In this document: positions 24,211 through 36,278 of the stretch, piece by piece | How positions within the stretch are numbered: position 1 is the stretch's first letter | Layout of the letters: each line of letters starts with the position of its first letter | From: Macrostomum lignano | Lineage: Eukaryota | DNA length: 64,000 bases | NCBI GenBank assembly: GCA_002269645.1 | Contig: NIVC01002020.1 | Span: 62,001 to 126,000, forward strand | Direction of reading: 5' to 3' | Program-made: the position numbers and the translations under genes | Notes under the pieces: model-generated | Told to the model about the DNA's origin: nothing | The model's database searches: none | What the model saw: only the letters and a program-made list of their open reading frames with translations

Positions 24211-26375
24211 CCTCTCTCTCTAGTGTGCTGAAGCGAACTCTTCATACATTTTAATACATACCTAATAGATTTTACTACTTTCTAAGTAGTTGGTGTTGAA
24301 ACCCACCGCTTTTAATCTGATTGCTGATTTAAATTTAACATTAGCAATCATGTATTGAGACGTACTTTCTCGACCCAATCGGAACAATTTGTGTCCTTGA
24401 GCAGGACACTTAACTCTGCATTGCTTCAGTTCACCCAGCTGTAAAATGGGTGCCAGCATTAGCTGGGGTAATTGAGGCTGTGTGTGGCGACCCCCCAGTC
24501 CTTGGACTGAACAGCCGTACGCAGCCTTCAGATGCGCCGCGCAATAGCTGTGGCTGAGCTGTCGGTTGCACATCTGGCCATTAAGGCAGGTGTAATCGAA
24601 TATTATTAGTATTCTTATTTTTCTCTTGGTAAAAATGCAAATACTCGTATTCCTGAAACCTTTACAGAATTTCACTTAGCTTTCCGCATTGCTATCGAAT
24701 AATGAAAGTATCTATATTCAGTTTCAAGGTAATTCTCAAGAACGGTTTATTCGGTTTGTTCGAATGCGCACCTTGATTCTGGAAGAAAGGATCCTGCTAT
24801 CAGCAGTTTAAACAAAAATGCCCACTTTAGGAACCAAAAGCGTCATTTTAAGCGCCACTTTCTTCTAATTCGTTGCTTCAGCGAACTGCAACGCGCGCTG
24901 GGTTCTTCCGAATGAAATTAAAGATTTGGGCTCTCGCCTGAGCATGCTCAAGGCTTATCTCTAAACCCAAGTAGTGACGGACTGTAGATTGTCTGTCTAG
25001 AACTAGCAATTAAGTGCACTTGCAATTATAGAAAATATGTTGACAGCAGAGTTAAAGGGGCAACTTTTAGCAAAATAGCCTAGCCAGCTGATTTTAGGTT
25101 ACTCTTAGTACTTCTAGTGCCCACTTTTGCTAGGGTTTTGGCGTATTTTTCAAGTCTTTCTTGAAAGTTGCTGGCTGAATATGAATAATTATTCATAGCT
25201 ATTAAACATACATATCCTCATTATTATATGGACCCCGACGGATGACCTGGAGAAGCTGGATGGACGGAGCCAGCTGCTTCTGAGGGATGCGAGAGACCCA
25301 GTTCTGACTCTGACTGAGGGAGCTCACTTCTTGAGAAGTGCGGCCTAAATGCGTTTGTTCTGATACCTTCGCCCCCTTTGTGGCCACTCGTGGCCTGTGC
25401 ATTCTGTTGTTGTTACACGAGGATTTTCTGTCACTAAGTGAAGACTTGGATGAGAATTTCGACGAGTGTTACTTTCTCCATCGGTCCCAGCCAGCACTCA
25501 CGCATGCTTTGGAGAAACAGGCGCACCAAATTCAGGTTTCCAAGGCAGCAGGCCAGCAGGAGCCCTGCGTGCGCCACCGGTCGTAGCCGAAGTCGACCGT
25601 CGGCCGCTTCAACACCGCCGCCTGGAGCCGCTCTGGCAGCCGCTAGCAGCCAGGCTCGCACCGCGGAGCAGTTGCCCGCCTGCACGTCTGTCAGCAGCTG
25701 CTGGTAGGCCGGCTGCAGGCTTAGGCTCAGCGTTGCACCATGAAAGATCCGGCTACCGGCGTTTTCACGTCGATTGGCGACTTCACCTAATAGACGACAA
25801 TTTGGAAGAAGATTGCGCTTTAATAAACGTACTTATAAGAGTTCAAAAGTCCTATGAGACCTACATTTTTATCAAACCTGGAATTGATCCCGGGACCTCT
25901 TATGACACAGGACTGAGCGCTAACTGACTTCAGTGACTTCCGGTAGGTGACGACTTCGAAGCCGCTAGCTGTCTATTGCTCCAATCGAGTTCTTTATCAA
26001 AAGATCTAGTAAATAAAAGGCTACAATGCTTCAGACGAAATTCTTACTGCTGGGCACCAAGCAACAGGCAGACATGGCGAATCCAGTCTGCAGCTCCAGT
26101 TGCTGTCCAACACTAGCCAGAGTCGCCTCAGAATCTCCAGCCTCATCAAACGGAATGTTGACGACACCCTCTCCAGGCAGCAGGACGTAGCACTCGCTGA
26201 GCTGGGGCCCGCGGCCCCGCTGTTTGGACTGCGCCACCTTGTGAATGCCGAAGAAGCGCGCGCTCTGTCGGTCAGCATCGCGATTTATGTCGCTGACAAG
26301 CGCAGAAGCCCCGTGGCCTCCTGCTCCGCTAGTGCTGGCGCTCAGACTTTTGCCGCTGAGCTGGGCTCTGAGCAT
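22725..26375 (-). CDS. ANKUB1: ANKUB1-like protein (ubiquitin-like domain plus ankyrin repeats); exons about 26375-26048, 25786-25502, 25344-25247 (uncertain), 23186-22725
   Basis: 'TLASVGQQLELQTGFAMSACCL', 'ATLSLSLQPAYQQLLTDVQAGNCSAVRAWL' and 'AHAGLLLACCLGNLNLVRLFL' are collinear with recalled human ANKUB1 segments. Clear ankyrin repeat 'SGRTCLHLACYHELAAICRLLL...DCNGLRAADYA'. Splice phases are compatible; the true start may be further upstream. Confidence 0.6.
24143..24220. repeat. (CT)n microsatellite
   Basis: Directly visible. Confidence 0.95.
24368..24598 (+). mobile_element. SINE family A copy, 5'-truncated
   Basis: Starts after the B-box; the rest is nearly identical to the other copies. 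Confidence 0.85.
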
Positions 26376-26543
26376 CAGGAAGGGGGTGGTGTGCAGGTAA
26401 TGGTGATTTTAGTTAATGTTCGGAATTCAAGTCGGAACCCTTATAGAAGAAAAGTTTATCTATAACTTGCTAGATATTCTTTAAAGTGGTCAGTTCTTAT
26501 ACGTATACGTGCTTATAGGTAAGGTATAATAGAAATAATAATT

Positions 26544-26826
26544 GATTACAACTGCCCCGATTGGGCCAGATGTGCAACCGACAGCTCAGCCGCAGCTATT
26601 GCGCGGCGCATCTGAAGGCTGCGTACGGCTGTTCAGTCCAAGGACTGTGGGGTCACCACACAGCCTCAAATACCCCAGCTAATGCTGGCACCCATTTACA
26701 GCTGGGTGAACTGAAGCAATGCAGAGTTAAGTGTCTTGCTCAAGGACACAAATTGTTCCAAGTGGGTCGAGAATCGAACCCCCGACCTTTCAGACGTGAT
26801 TCCGACTCGCTAACCACTAGGCTACA
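26544..26826 (-). mobile_element. SINE family A copy
   Basis: Reverse-complement match including A- and B-boxes. Confidence 0.85.
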
Positions 26827-27414
26827 ACCCTTTAATGGTATATACGGTCCAAAGTTCTATCGGTTCCAAAAATCTGATGTATACAAACGAATCATTTATT
26901 GTCATTACTAATTTGAACAAAAGTGTAAATTCAGATGGTCATTTCCTGTAAATAGAAATTAACAATCCTTCGTGTGATTGCAGGGAAATTTATACTCGTG
27001 ATATGCTGTAAAAGTTATTTTATTTGCAATCTAAAATTACTACCCAAACATGTCGTCATTTCTTTGAACAGCTATTTCAGTTGCTGACGTTCACAAGAAC
27101 AAACATTGCCCACTTTGTACATCGTTTTGGTCCCTGCAGTTTGATCTCAGGCTTGTACTACCATAAACAGATTTTGGCTGCACTTTCTTATCTTGCTGCC
27201 CTGGGGTGGGTGCTGGAATGTGCACAGAGTGAAAGGTTCTTATACAGAGTAAATTTCTGCATTTCTTGATTTTGCAAAAAAGCTCCGAGTTGGAATAACT
27301 TGCGCGATACCCAAGAACTTAATTACTTAGCAGCCTGGCCTAAGCCTACTAATTTCCGGTTGTCAGCGTCCTAAATTGACCCCCACTGCAGAGTTTTGGA
27401 TCACCGGGGAGGTC

Positions 27415-30378
27415 ATGCAAGATCACAGGTACTCAATGCTGCGGACGCCAATGTTTAAGCTGGTTCTCATTGGCGAGAGTGGCGTTGGCAAGACTTCGCT
27501 GTTTATGCGCATCAAGGAGGACATCTTCAGCGCCGATGTCACCGTAGGCATCGACAGCTGCAGCACGTCAGTCGAAGTTGATGAGGCTCGTGTTAAGGTC
27601 AGTTTTTAATTTTCATGCATAGTTGTCAGTCAGCAGTTTTAGCAGAGCAGAATATTAAAAATAGTGCTTTGATTTCAGCCGGTGTGCAGTGGTGCGGGTG
27701 TACAGGACTCACCTTGAATGGTGTCTTGCAGAAGAGACTTGCATTTCATTCGCTTCTTTCTTGTTGCCACCGAGAATAGAATCAAATTTTGTCAATAGCT
27801 TTGAAGGAAACAATCATGCTATAAGTCTTCTTGTCTGCTAGTTTGCTCAGCAGCCTCGCATCTGTGAGCGTATCGAGAGCTTGTAACCAGGCTGGTAGGC
27901 ACGCCTGGAAACCTTTTTTAACGTGGAGGAAGACATGCGGGCAGAGGAAGAGACGGGCGAGAGAGCCAGTGTGAACTAAGCCGTCAGTTCAGTTCCGGGA
28001 AATTTCCTACACCCACAAGCCACTATAGTCAAACGTGAGGGGTACGGCTTCTCATTGTGATGCCATATTTTAACCAACCTTTTTCTCACTACCAATGCTA
28101 CTGAAAAAAAACTTCTAAAACTTCCCGTTCAGGTTCAGTGGACCAATCAACGAAAACTGATGCTGTCTCCCCTTAATATACAATTCACCAATTCTTCATC
28201 AGCCATTTTTACCCTGCATCTAATTAACAGCTTTGGTAAACTATAAGAGCTTTTAAATCTCGTAGGAAATTGTAGACGCTGGGCCTTCTAAATTGTTTAT
28301 TAAAAACAGACCAGCTGGTTTTGGTTGATGCCTTTAGTTCTATAGAATAGCATATAGCGCTGCTCTCGGGTTGCCAGGACGCGTCGTGTCGGAAGCAGAC
28401 TCAGCATGCGTATTCTTCCTTGCCATAGTAGCCTGGCCACTCATCCTATCTCCGTGCCATATAGAAAGAAAAAAGCACTTTTAATCCATGTATTTTAGTT
28501 GCCCCAAGTCGCCTGAACCTCTCCATCTGCTCTCACTTCCGGCATATTGGCTATGGGGCTCAGTGGAGGCTGGGAGGGGGAGCCTGTGCTTTTTGTGTCA
28601 AACGAATCCCGCATGACCATGACTTCATATTTCTTTCTTTGAGTACTGATTCCCAACTGTTTCAACAGATCGATAAAGTATTCCGTTCTGGTCGGGAGCC
28701 AGCATCGCCTTACTCTCTCTATAGAATGCTTTGAACCATTGTTCCACAGTGCTTCATCGGGTTGCCTGGCTGCATGGTTTAAAAACTCGTTGGCAATTTA
28801 GAAGACTAACCCTTATTTTTCAGCTATAGGAGTCCAATTTCTTTACTCAGAATTTTGGCTGCCTCTCTGTGATACTCAAGACATACGATAGTTTATGGAT
28901 TGACATATGATAGCCTTTTAAAACACGGTCATTCTTTGTGGATGCCACATGATTCATACACCTGCTTGATACTAAAGTACAACCTTGTCAATCAATCAAC
29001 AGTTCGCTCTCTGGGACACAGCTGGCGTGGAAAGATTTCGCACACTAACTAGAAACTACTACAGAAATACGCACTGCGTACTACTAACCTGCAGTAGTGA
29101 CGATAAAACTTCGTTAGACAGTCTACACCGATGGAATCAGGATGTGGACTTTTATTGTAAAGACTGTGAGTGAATTTGCTAATATTATTTTTTATTACAC
29201 CTGCCCCAATTGGGCCAGATGTGCAACCGACAGCTCAGCCGCAGCTATTGCGCGGAGCATCTGAAGGCTGCGTACGGCTGTTCAGTCTAAGGACTGGGGG
29301 GTCACCACACAGCCTCAAATACCCCAGCTAATGCTGGCACCCATCTTACAGCTGGGTGAACTGAAGCAATGCAGAACTAAGTGTCTTGCTCAAGGACACA
29401 AATTGTTCCGATTCGGTCGAGAATCGAACCCTCGACCTTCAAGTCGTACGAGTCTGACGCTCTGACCACTAGGCTAGATTATGCTACAAGGGGGTTGTGG
29501 CCTACACGCTTGCATGTAGCCTACATAACTACAATGCTAGACTAGGACACGAACTGAAGCAGCAAAATAGCGGTCCCAGCTCCTTAAGTCACCCACACAC
29601 TTCCAATTCAATAGGCCTGAAGGTGATCGTGGCCAATAAGAACGACCTCAATCCGGCTATAACGCAGGAGCAACTGCAAAACTTTGCAGCAACATTCAAC
29701 TGCAAGCTCATCTCGTCTGTATCTGCAAAAACAGGTCAGTAGGTGCATGCAGCAATCATTAAATCAAGGACCACTAGAATGAGTTACCGTTTTTTTCAGG
29801 ACGTTGCGCCATCGGCAGCTATAGTAATAGTAATAGTAGCGTCGGCAGCTATTACTTTTAAATGCTCAAAACTGTGGATCAGTTGCACTTAAGTTTTTCG
29901 CCTGCAGGTTGTTTGAAATTATGTTCTCTTAATGATGACGCAGTTTGACCCTGCATCTACATGTGCGAACGGCAGGTTGAAGCTTGTGTGGCACAAAGCA
30001 AGTGCAGGTTTCTTTAAAACAGTTGAATAGGATTCATTTATGGAGGCATGAAGCATCGCTAAATATTACGTAAACAAGCGATACAAACGTGCTGATACAA
30101 CGGTAACTAAAAATGTATGCATCCTCCTTCAGTATTTTTCTTACATTTCCTTAACAAAAGGCGACGGTGTGTCCGACATGCTGAGAGAGGTGGCCCGCAA
30201 ACTGCTGAAGTACTACTCCTTAGTTGGTCGCAGCGGCGCTACTGGAGTCAGCTTGGCGAACAGCTCCATGCAGATGCGCAACGGCTCAAGCGCTGTGGAC
30301 CTTCGACGTCGGCGTCGACATGGTAGCGACAGCGACAGCGGCTGCGGCAGCCAGAGAAGATGCTGCAGCGTGCTATAG
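27415..30378 (+). CDS. Rab-like small GTPase, 227 aa; exons 27415-27597, 29003-29165, 29615-29734, 30161-30378
   Basis: G1 GESGVGKT, G3 WDTAGVERF, RabF-like 'FRTLTRNYYRN', G4 NKND, G5 SAK, C-terminal CCSVL. All introns GT-AG (phases 0, 1, 1). Subfamily not recognised. Confidence 0.92.
29194..29476 (-). mobile_element. SINE family A copy in Rab intron 2
   Basis: Reverse-complement match to family A. Confidence 0.85.
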
Positions 30379-31613
30379 AAAAACTATCGTTATGAATCAC
30401 ATGTACGCTCGTCGCTGCCAAATGATCGAATTTATCTTTATCTACTCTGCCGCTAAATGATATTTAATCCTTGAAAGTGAATGCGGATTTCAGATGCTTC
30501 ACGCTCGTTTGCAGTTGTGCATTGCTCTTTTGCTCCACGGAAAAGTATTCTAGCATGGATCTTTTAGATACGTCAAGCTATGAACATATCGTCCTTCCAT
30601 TCAAATGTTTTCCGCAAGTTGTTGATCTAAATTTAGCAGCACTTTTAAACCCACAGATTCCAGACGTACTTGTACGTACGATTGATAAATAAGCGAAATC
30701 TCCGTTTGCTGTTTGTTAAATTTTTTTGTGATCATGAAGTATGTACTTTCCGATGAATGTATTTAGGATGAAAACAATTATAATGATTATTATTTGTATA
30801 ATTTCTCATTCACCGTACCTTGTGGGGTAAAGTTGTAAATTGTCATATCATAACAACAGTCACAGAGCCGCTTGAAGATTGTTTCCATTGTGCATTATTC
30901 TGCATCAGCCATCCTAACTTTACTCGTTAGATTGCACTCATACTGTACATGTACATACAAAATACATGTACACGTCTATATATATGTATGTCTATATATA
31001 TCATACTTATTTACTTGAAGTAGAAGGTCGCATGTTTCGACATGAATTATAGAACTGCACCGCTCCAGCATTTGTCAACTTTAAAAAAGACAACCCTAAT
31101 AATATTTAAGCATTTTGCCAACATGTGGATGCAAGACAACTCATAGGTAAAAACTCAGTTAAATGTTTAGCTCACGGCATATATGGAAAAGGTTAAATCT
31201 CCACTTTTAGACACACACAGAAGCTCATAATAAAAAAGAACCAGGTAGCAGACATAAAAGCGAGAAAAAAGATGCAACAGCTCTCTCTTTCTCCAGACTA
31301 TTTTTGCTGTGAACGTTATTGTATAGATACGCCGGGCATCTCATATGCTATAACAAAGTCATCCTACAACCTGTAAAACGCCGGACAAAAGTAGTAACTT
31401 TATAAAATATCGCATTTTAAATTAGCCTGAAAGACACACAAAGAAAATATAAGGGTTCATTTCCTATAAATCAAGATTAGTCAATCAATTTCAAATTGTA
31501 TTTATATTCCTTGTAGTTTATGCGCTATATATGGGCGAGACTTAAATCGTGCTTTATCAATCGCTGTTCCAAGTAAACCCAATTAGTAACTTTTTTTATC
31601 AGTGCTCGCTAAA

Positions 31614-34600
31614 ATGGCATTTAAATACAACTATGCCATCGTTCAAAAGATTCCACAGTCTTTTTCTCAAAAGTACCCAAAAATTGACATTGAAACAGCA
31701 AGGGCGGAGCATGAAAATCTTGTTGAAATTTTAAGACAAAGTTTTATGGATGTTTTAGAAATTGACGTTGAAGAGCGGCATCCAACTAGTCCATTTGTTG
31801 ATGACACTGCAGTAATTATCAACAACATTGCTTTAATGTGCAATCCATATGGCAATAGGCAAGGAGAGGTAAGCATATCTATTTGACTTGACTAGAAAGT
31901 TTTTTTTAAATTGATGTATAATATTGCCAATATAAACTATAATTGGCCCAAATATAGTTTTTTGAGGAAAAGTAAGTTTAGACTGCATGAATCTAAGCTC
32001 AGCAAACATTCCATCTATAATTCCAAGTCTGACAGTAAAACTAGTCACTAAAAATTTACTATAGTAATACTTCTTAATATTACAAATAATAATTAATGAT
32101 AACTTGACCATACATATTTTTATTTATATTTATTATCCTAAGATATTTTGTCTATGTTGTTTTATCTTTAAGAAAAGGCAATTTGTCAGTAATAAAGCTT
32201 CAATCAAGCAATTGTTGATTGCTTAATGACAATAAAATTGAGTTCAATTATAATTTAGAATTCCAGTTGTTTTGCCCCTAAAAATTTTGGCCTTGGACAT
32301 TTTGCCTTTAGACCATTTTGCCCATAGTCTGTTTTGCCTATAAACCAGTTTGGCTATAAGCATTTTGGCCAGAATGGTAATTGTGTAATTTAGAGATTTA
32401 GCTCTATATGTATCTTTAGATTTGTCTTTTCAATACTATTTAATGCTAATTTTCAGTTTTATTGTATAATACAATATGAATTGTTGCTACACAACATGAA
32501 TTATTACAATTGTCAGTGTTGGGCACCCTTAATGAAAATCTTAACTTCCATTAATGGCAAAATCATTAGTATTAAAACAAATAATCTTAACTTATTAACT
32601 CTTAATTTTGTTAAAGTTAACTAGAAATTAATTGATAATCATTAATAAGCATTAATCTATTAAATTTAACTCACTTAATAGATAAATCTGGCACTTTTTT
32701 TCCAAAACAGACTTCATAATGTACTGTGTTTGCTTTTTCATCTTTTTAGCAAAACACAGAGATCATCTAAGTGATTTATAAGCTAAAAAGTAATAAATAA
32801 AAATTTATAAAACTTGTATGCATAATACTACTAAAAGTAAGCATATAGTAAAAAAGTAGCTTATTTATTTGAAAATTGAAAGCTAATTAGTTAATAATAA
32901 AATATGAATAAGATTGCTTTAGTAGCATTAGCAGGCACAGCAGAAAGTCACAAAAGATTGTTAAAAAAGTGAATCAAAGTGATTGATGCTCACGCAAGAG
33001 CAATAAATTTCACAATTTTAATTCTTTATTAAAGTTCAATTAGTAAGTTGTTACGTTTGCATGATCATTGTTATAAACAGAGATGAATAAAGCATTTAGA
33101 TAAATTGAAAAACATTCGTAATATTGTAACTTCTTGTCAGACATATTTTTGTTTTTTCTTTTCATCTTTGGTCATTGATATTGCCATTAATGTTAACAAT
33201 GAATTTGTTGTTTACTCACAAAATTATTAATACAAATTTGTTAATCTGTTAGTTTAAAAAAATCTTAATGCTTATTAATGGATTAACGCTTATTAACAGA
33301 CTGGTGCCCAACACTGACAATTGTGTTTAATAAGATTGTGAATCATTACAAGTTTTTTTAAGAAAGTTATTCCTTTCAAAAGCATGATAAGCGATAAGCC
33401 ATTTCAATTAGTAGATCAAGAGAAAGGGTTTCAGTTACAAGCAAGGTAAAACCAAAAATTCTAAAAGTATAAGATTTGTCACCAATTAAGAATCAATTAT
33501 TCAATCAATTCTTTCTCCAAGTTTGGGCATTCACATTTGTTGCTACCTTTGCCAAACTAGTCTAATTGGCTTAAGCCAAAATGGTCTATGGGCAAAATGG
33601 TCTGGGGGTGAAGTGTCCATGGCCAAAACAGTTTATGGGTGAAACAACTAGTTGCCATAATTCAATATATTCTAAAGTATAAAAACCTTGGCTTTAGTCA
33701 TAGATTAAAACTAAATGAATAGTTTTTTATAATATAATTATAATTCCTATGCAGATAAGTGCCATACGACAGACTTTGAAGCGTCAGCTAGGCATGAAAG
33801 TGGCCGAGATCTCCATTGATGGAGCCCAGCTTGAAGGTAGCGATGTACTATTCACTGGTAAGTTAATGAGCTGTTAGTATAATTTGTAAATTCAGGCTTG
33901 AACCCAAGGTTTCAAATCTTACACTAGTAAGTAGTAATTTATTTTAGTGCTAATGCCCTACAGATCTATTGTGCAAGTTCAAAAGTTTGAAGCTTTGCTA
34001 GTTTACTGATTTCAAAAAGTCACACCCATTTGGGGCTCTATCCCCAAGTTAAAGTGCACTTGAATGTACATGCCCGACGATCGTGTGCATGCCCAGGCGT
34101 CGTGCTCAGGCGGCATGACTTCTTGTCTTCTCGCCATCTGCGGGCCGATTGTCGCATTAGTAGCCTAATAACTGGAAGGGGCTGTGTGCACCCTGGCGCA
34201 CTTTAAGCGACGTTCTCGCACAACTGGCAAGAGGCATTGCTGCCCACTCCTCCACCGACTCCCCTGAGCAGGCACACAAGTGCGCGGATGCGTACGCAGT
34301 CATACGCACAGGCACACACTCACACAGGAGTGTACAGCGGCCCTAACTTTATTTATCGTTAGGCATGTACACTTCACTGTGCCTTGGGGGTTGGCCCTCA
34401 ATGGCGTTAATTGCACGAGCAGAGCCAAGCCGAGATTCCAATTTAGCCCCAAATTAATGTGACTGCACTAGGAATCGAGCCTGGGTCGTTGGACACACAA
34501 CTAGGCTTCGGCCCCCTGAGTGCTACTTATTGTAAGCTTTACTTTAAAATCACCTTCCCATAGGCAAGGAGATCATCGTTGGCATCTCAACTCACACGAA

Positions 34601-35051
34601 CGAGGCCGGCGCCACCTGCGTTGCTAAAACGTTCCCCGAGTACCCAGTGACAATTGTGTCCGTGCCCCAGCTGGACACCAAGAAGGGCACAACCTCGCTG
34701 AAGGATCTGGTCTGCATGGCCGGCACCAATGTAATCGCTGTCGGCTTGAACCCGGCCGCTCAGAAGACCATCAAGGAGATCAACTGGAAGGCCACGTACA
34801 GCTACCGGGTGATCCAGCTGCCCGAGGATCAGGCTAGCAACTGCCTGTACATCAACGGCTTCCTGGTGCACCTGTCGCCAGAACTGATCCCCAACAGCAT
34901 CGGCATATTCGAGAACAAGATCGACTACAACAGGATACCGATCTCGCTGCCGCACCTCACTGAGCAGCGGGTGCCGATGACCAAGCTGTGCTTGCTAGTG
35001 CAGAAGACTAAGAATAGCAACTTAAAGAATATCATGTCAACCCTGGCTTGA
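31614..35051 (+). CDS. DDAH: Dimethylarginine dimethylaminohydrolase (DDAH)-like protein, 281 aa; exons 31614-31868, 33755-33857, 34564-35051
   Basis: 'PFVDDTAV', 'RQGE', 'LEGSDVLFTGKEIIVGISTHTNEAGA', 'LKDLVCMAG', 'ASNCLYING' are collinear with DDAH; introns phase 0 and 1; 846 nt. Confidence 0.9.
32262..33657. mobile_element. Degenerate TIR element in DDAH intron 1 hosting a nested hAT element
   Basis: About 100-bp imperfect inverted repeats built from 'ttttgcccatagacc'-like subunits at ~32262-32375 and ~33560-33657. Confidence 0.6.
32514..33316. mobile_element. Non-autonomous hAT-type element, 803 bp
   Basis: TIRs CAGTGTTGGGCACC / GGTGCCCAACACTG, flanked on both sides by the 8-mer ACAATTGT (palindromic, so could also be read as part of the TIR). 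Confidence 0.85.
34177..34500 (-). mobile_element. tRNA-derived SINE family B copy in DDAH intron 2 (head degraded)
   Basis: Strong similarity to 56291-56648. Confidence 0.8.
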
Positions 35052-35323
35052 GCACTGCGCTTTATCGGTTGTCCGAGACCTGCTAAACACACATACATTG
35101 ACAGGTGTTTTTTGTGCGTGAATGTGTCAATCAAACTCGTTTGAACAGTATGCTTATTACTGTCATTAGTATATATTGAAATAAAATTTTTAGTAACGAA
35201 TTTTTTCTTCGCCTATCGGTTGCCTGCGTTTTGCTATTTGATCAATAATTATCTATACAGCAAGTATTGTTAAACCCATGCTAAGGCCATCCCAGTTGAA
35301 TTTGTGCATGCCTGAAGCTAATT

Positions 35324-36278
35324 CGGGTGTGTCATAAGTAATGTCACTGATGTGAAAACAGACGAACTTGCAATCGCAGATGAACAAAACTGTACCACTC
35401 AGCAACATAGAGTCCCCCAATATCAATCACCCTCTGGCAGTGCTCATACAGCTCGTCCACCTCAGCCTGCAGGTGTTTTTCCTCCAACTGCCATAACCAG
35501 TGCAACGCGGCCTGTTTGACCTCTTCATGGTTTGCGAAACTCTTCTTGGAAAAGTCAGCCTTCAGCCATTTGAACAGGAATCTCTTGCAAAAGTTGAAGT
35601 CCGGGCTGTAGGGACTGTCAGAGCATATTCACTCGCCGTGCAGGCAGAAAATTCGAAACAGCCTTCAGGTGTGCAGCCGTGCGGTGTCCATCTGCCACAG
35701 AACCTCGCCCAGGTGACATGGATTTGACCGGAGAGTGCACCAGAGGTCCCCAGTGTGCCGGAAAAAGTCGATAAAATACTGGCCATCGACCTTGGTGTTC
35801 GGTGGAGTTGTGCAGATGGAGACTCATTTGTTTGGCGTGAAGGCTACCAGCAGCATGGTCTTCTTGTCCGAGATGGACTTCCTGGTCACCATCGGCCTGG
35901 AGTCCCCAGCTCCCAACCAGCAGCGATTGTCTGCCTTGCTGCCCTTGCCATCCAGGTGGAGCCAGCTTTCATCCTCAGCAACCAGGCAGTTTAGGATGTC
36001 ATTCAAGCCCCGGCTGCTAAACACCTTGCGGATCTGCTAGTTGCAGGCGTCTTGTCGAGATTCATGGTGATTTTTGTTCGCTGCACAGACGATTTTTCAT
36101 CGCGTTGCACTTGCTAAATCTGATTGGCGATAGCTTGGGCCATAAACAACCTATGCACGTCTCAAATGCACTGGTATTGCTTCACTAAGTATCTCCTTTG
36201 CAGCTACACTACCCACAAGTCCATGTGCCTACATATTTTAGACAGAGGCCTGCAGTGACATTACTTATGACACACCCG
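35324..36278 (-). mobile_element. Decayed, internally deleted mariner (Tc1/mariner) DNA transposon
   Basis: 26-bp perfect TIRs CGGGTGTGTCATAAGTAATGTCACTG. Minus-strand transposase fragments 'CLVAEDESWLH', 'LWQMDTARPHT' and 'SPYSPDFNFCKRFLFKWLK' carry stops and frameshifts. Confidence 0.9.

Noticed and set aside
27700-28900. Degraded minus-strand coding-like segments in Rab intron 1
   Set aside because: Multiple stops and no recognisable domain; may be an old TE but cannot be supported.
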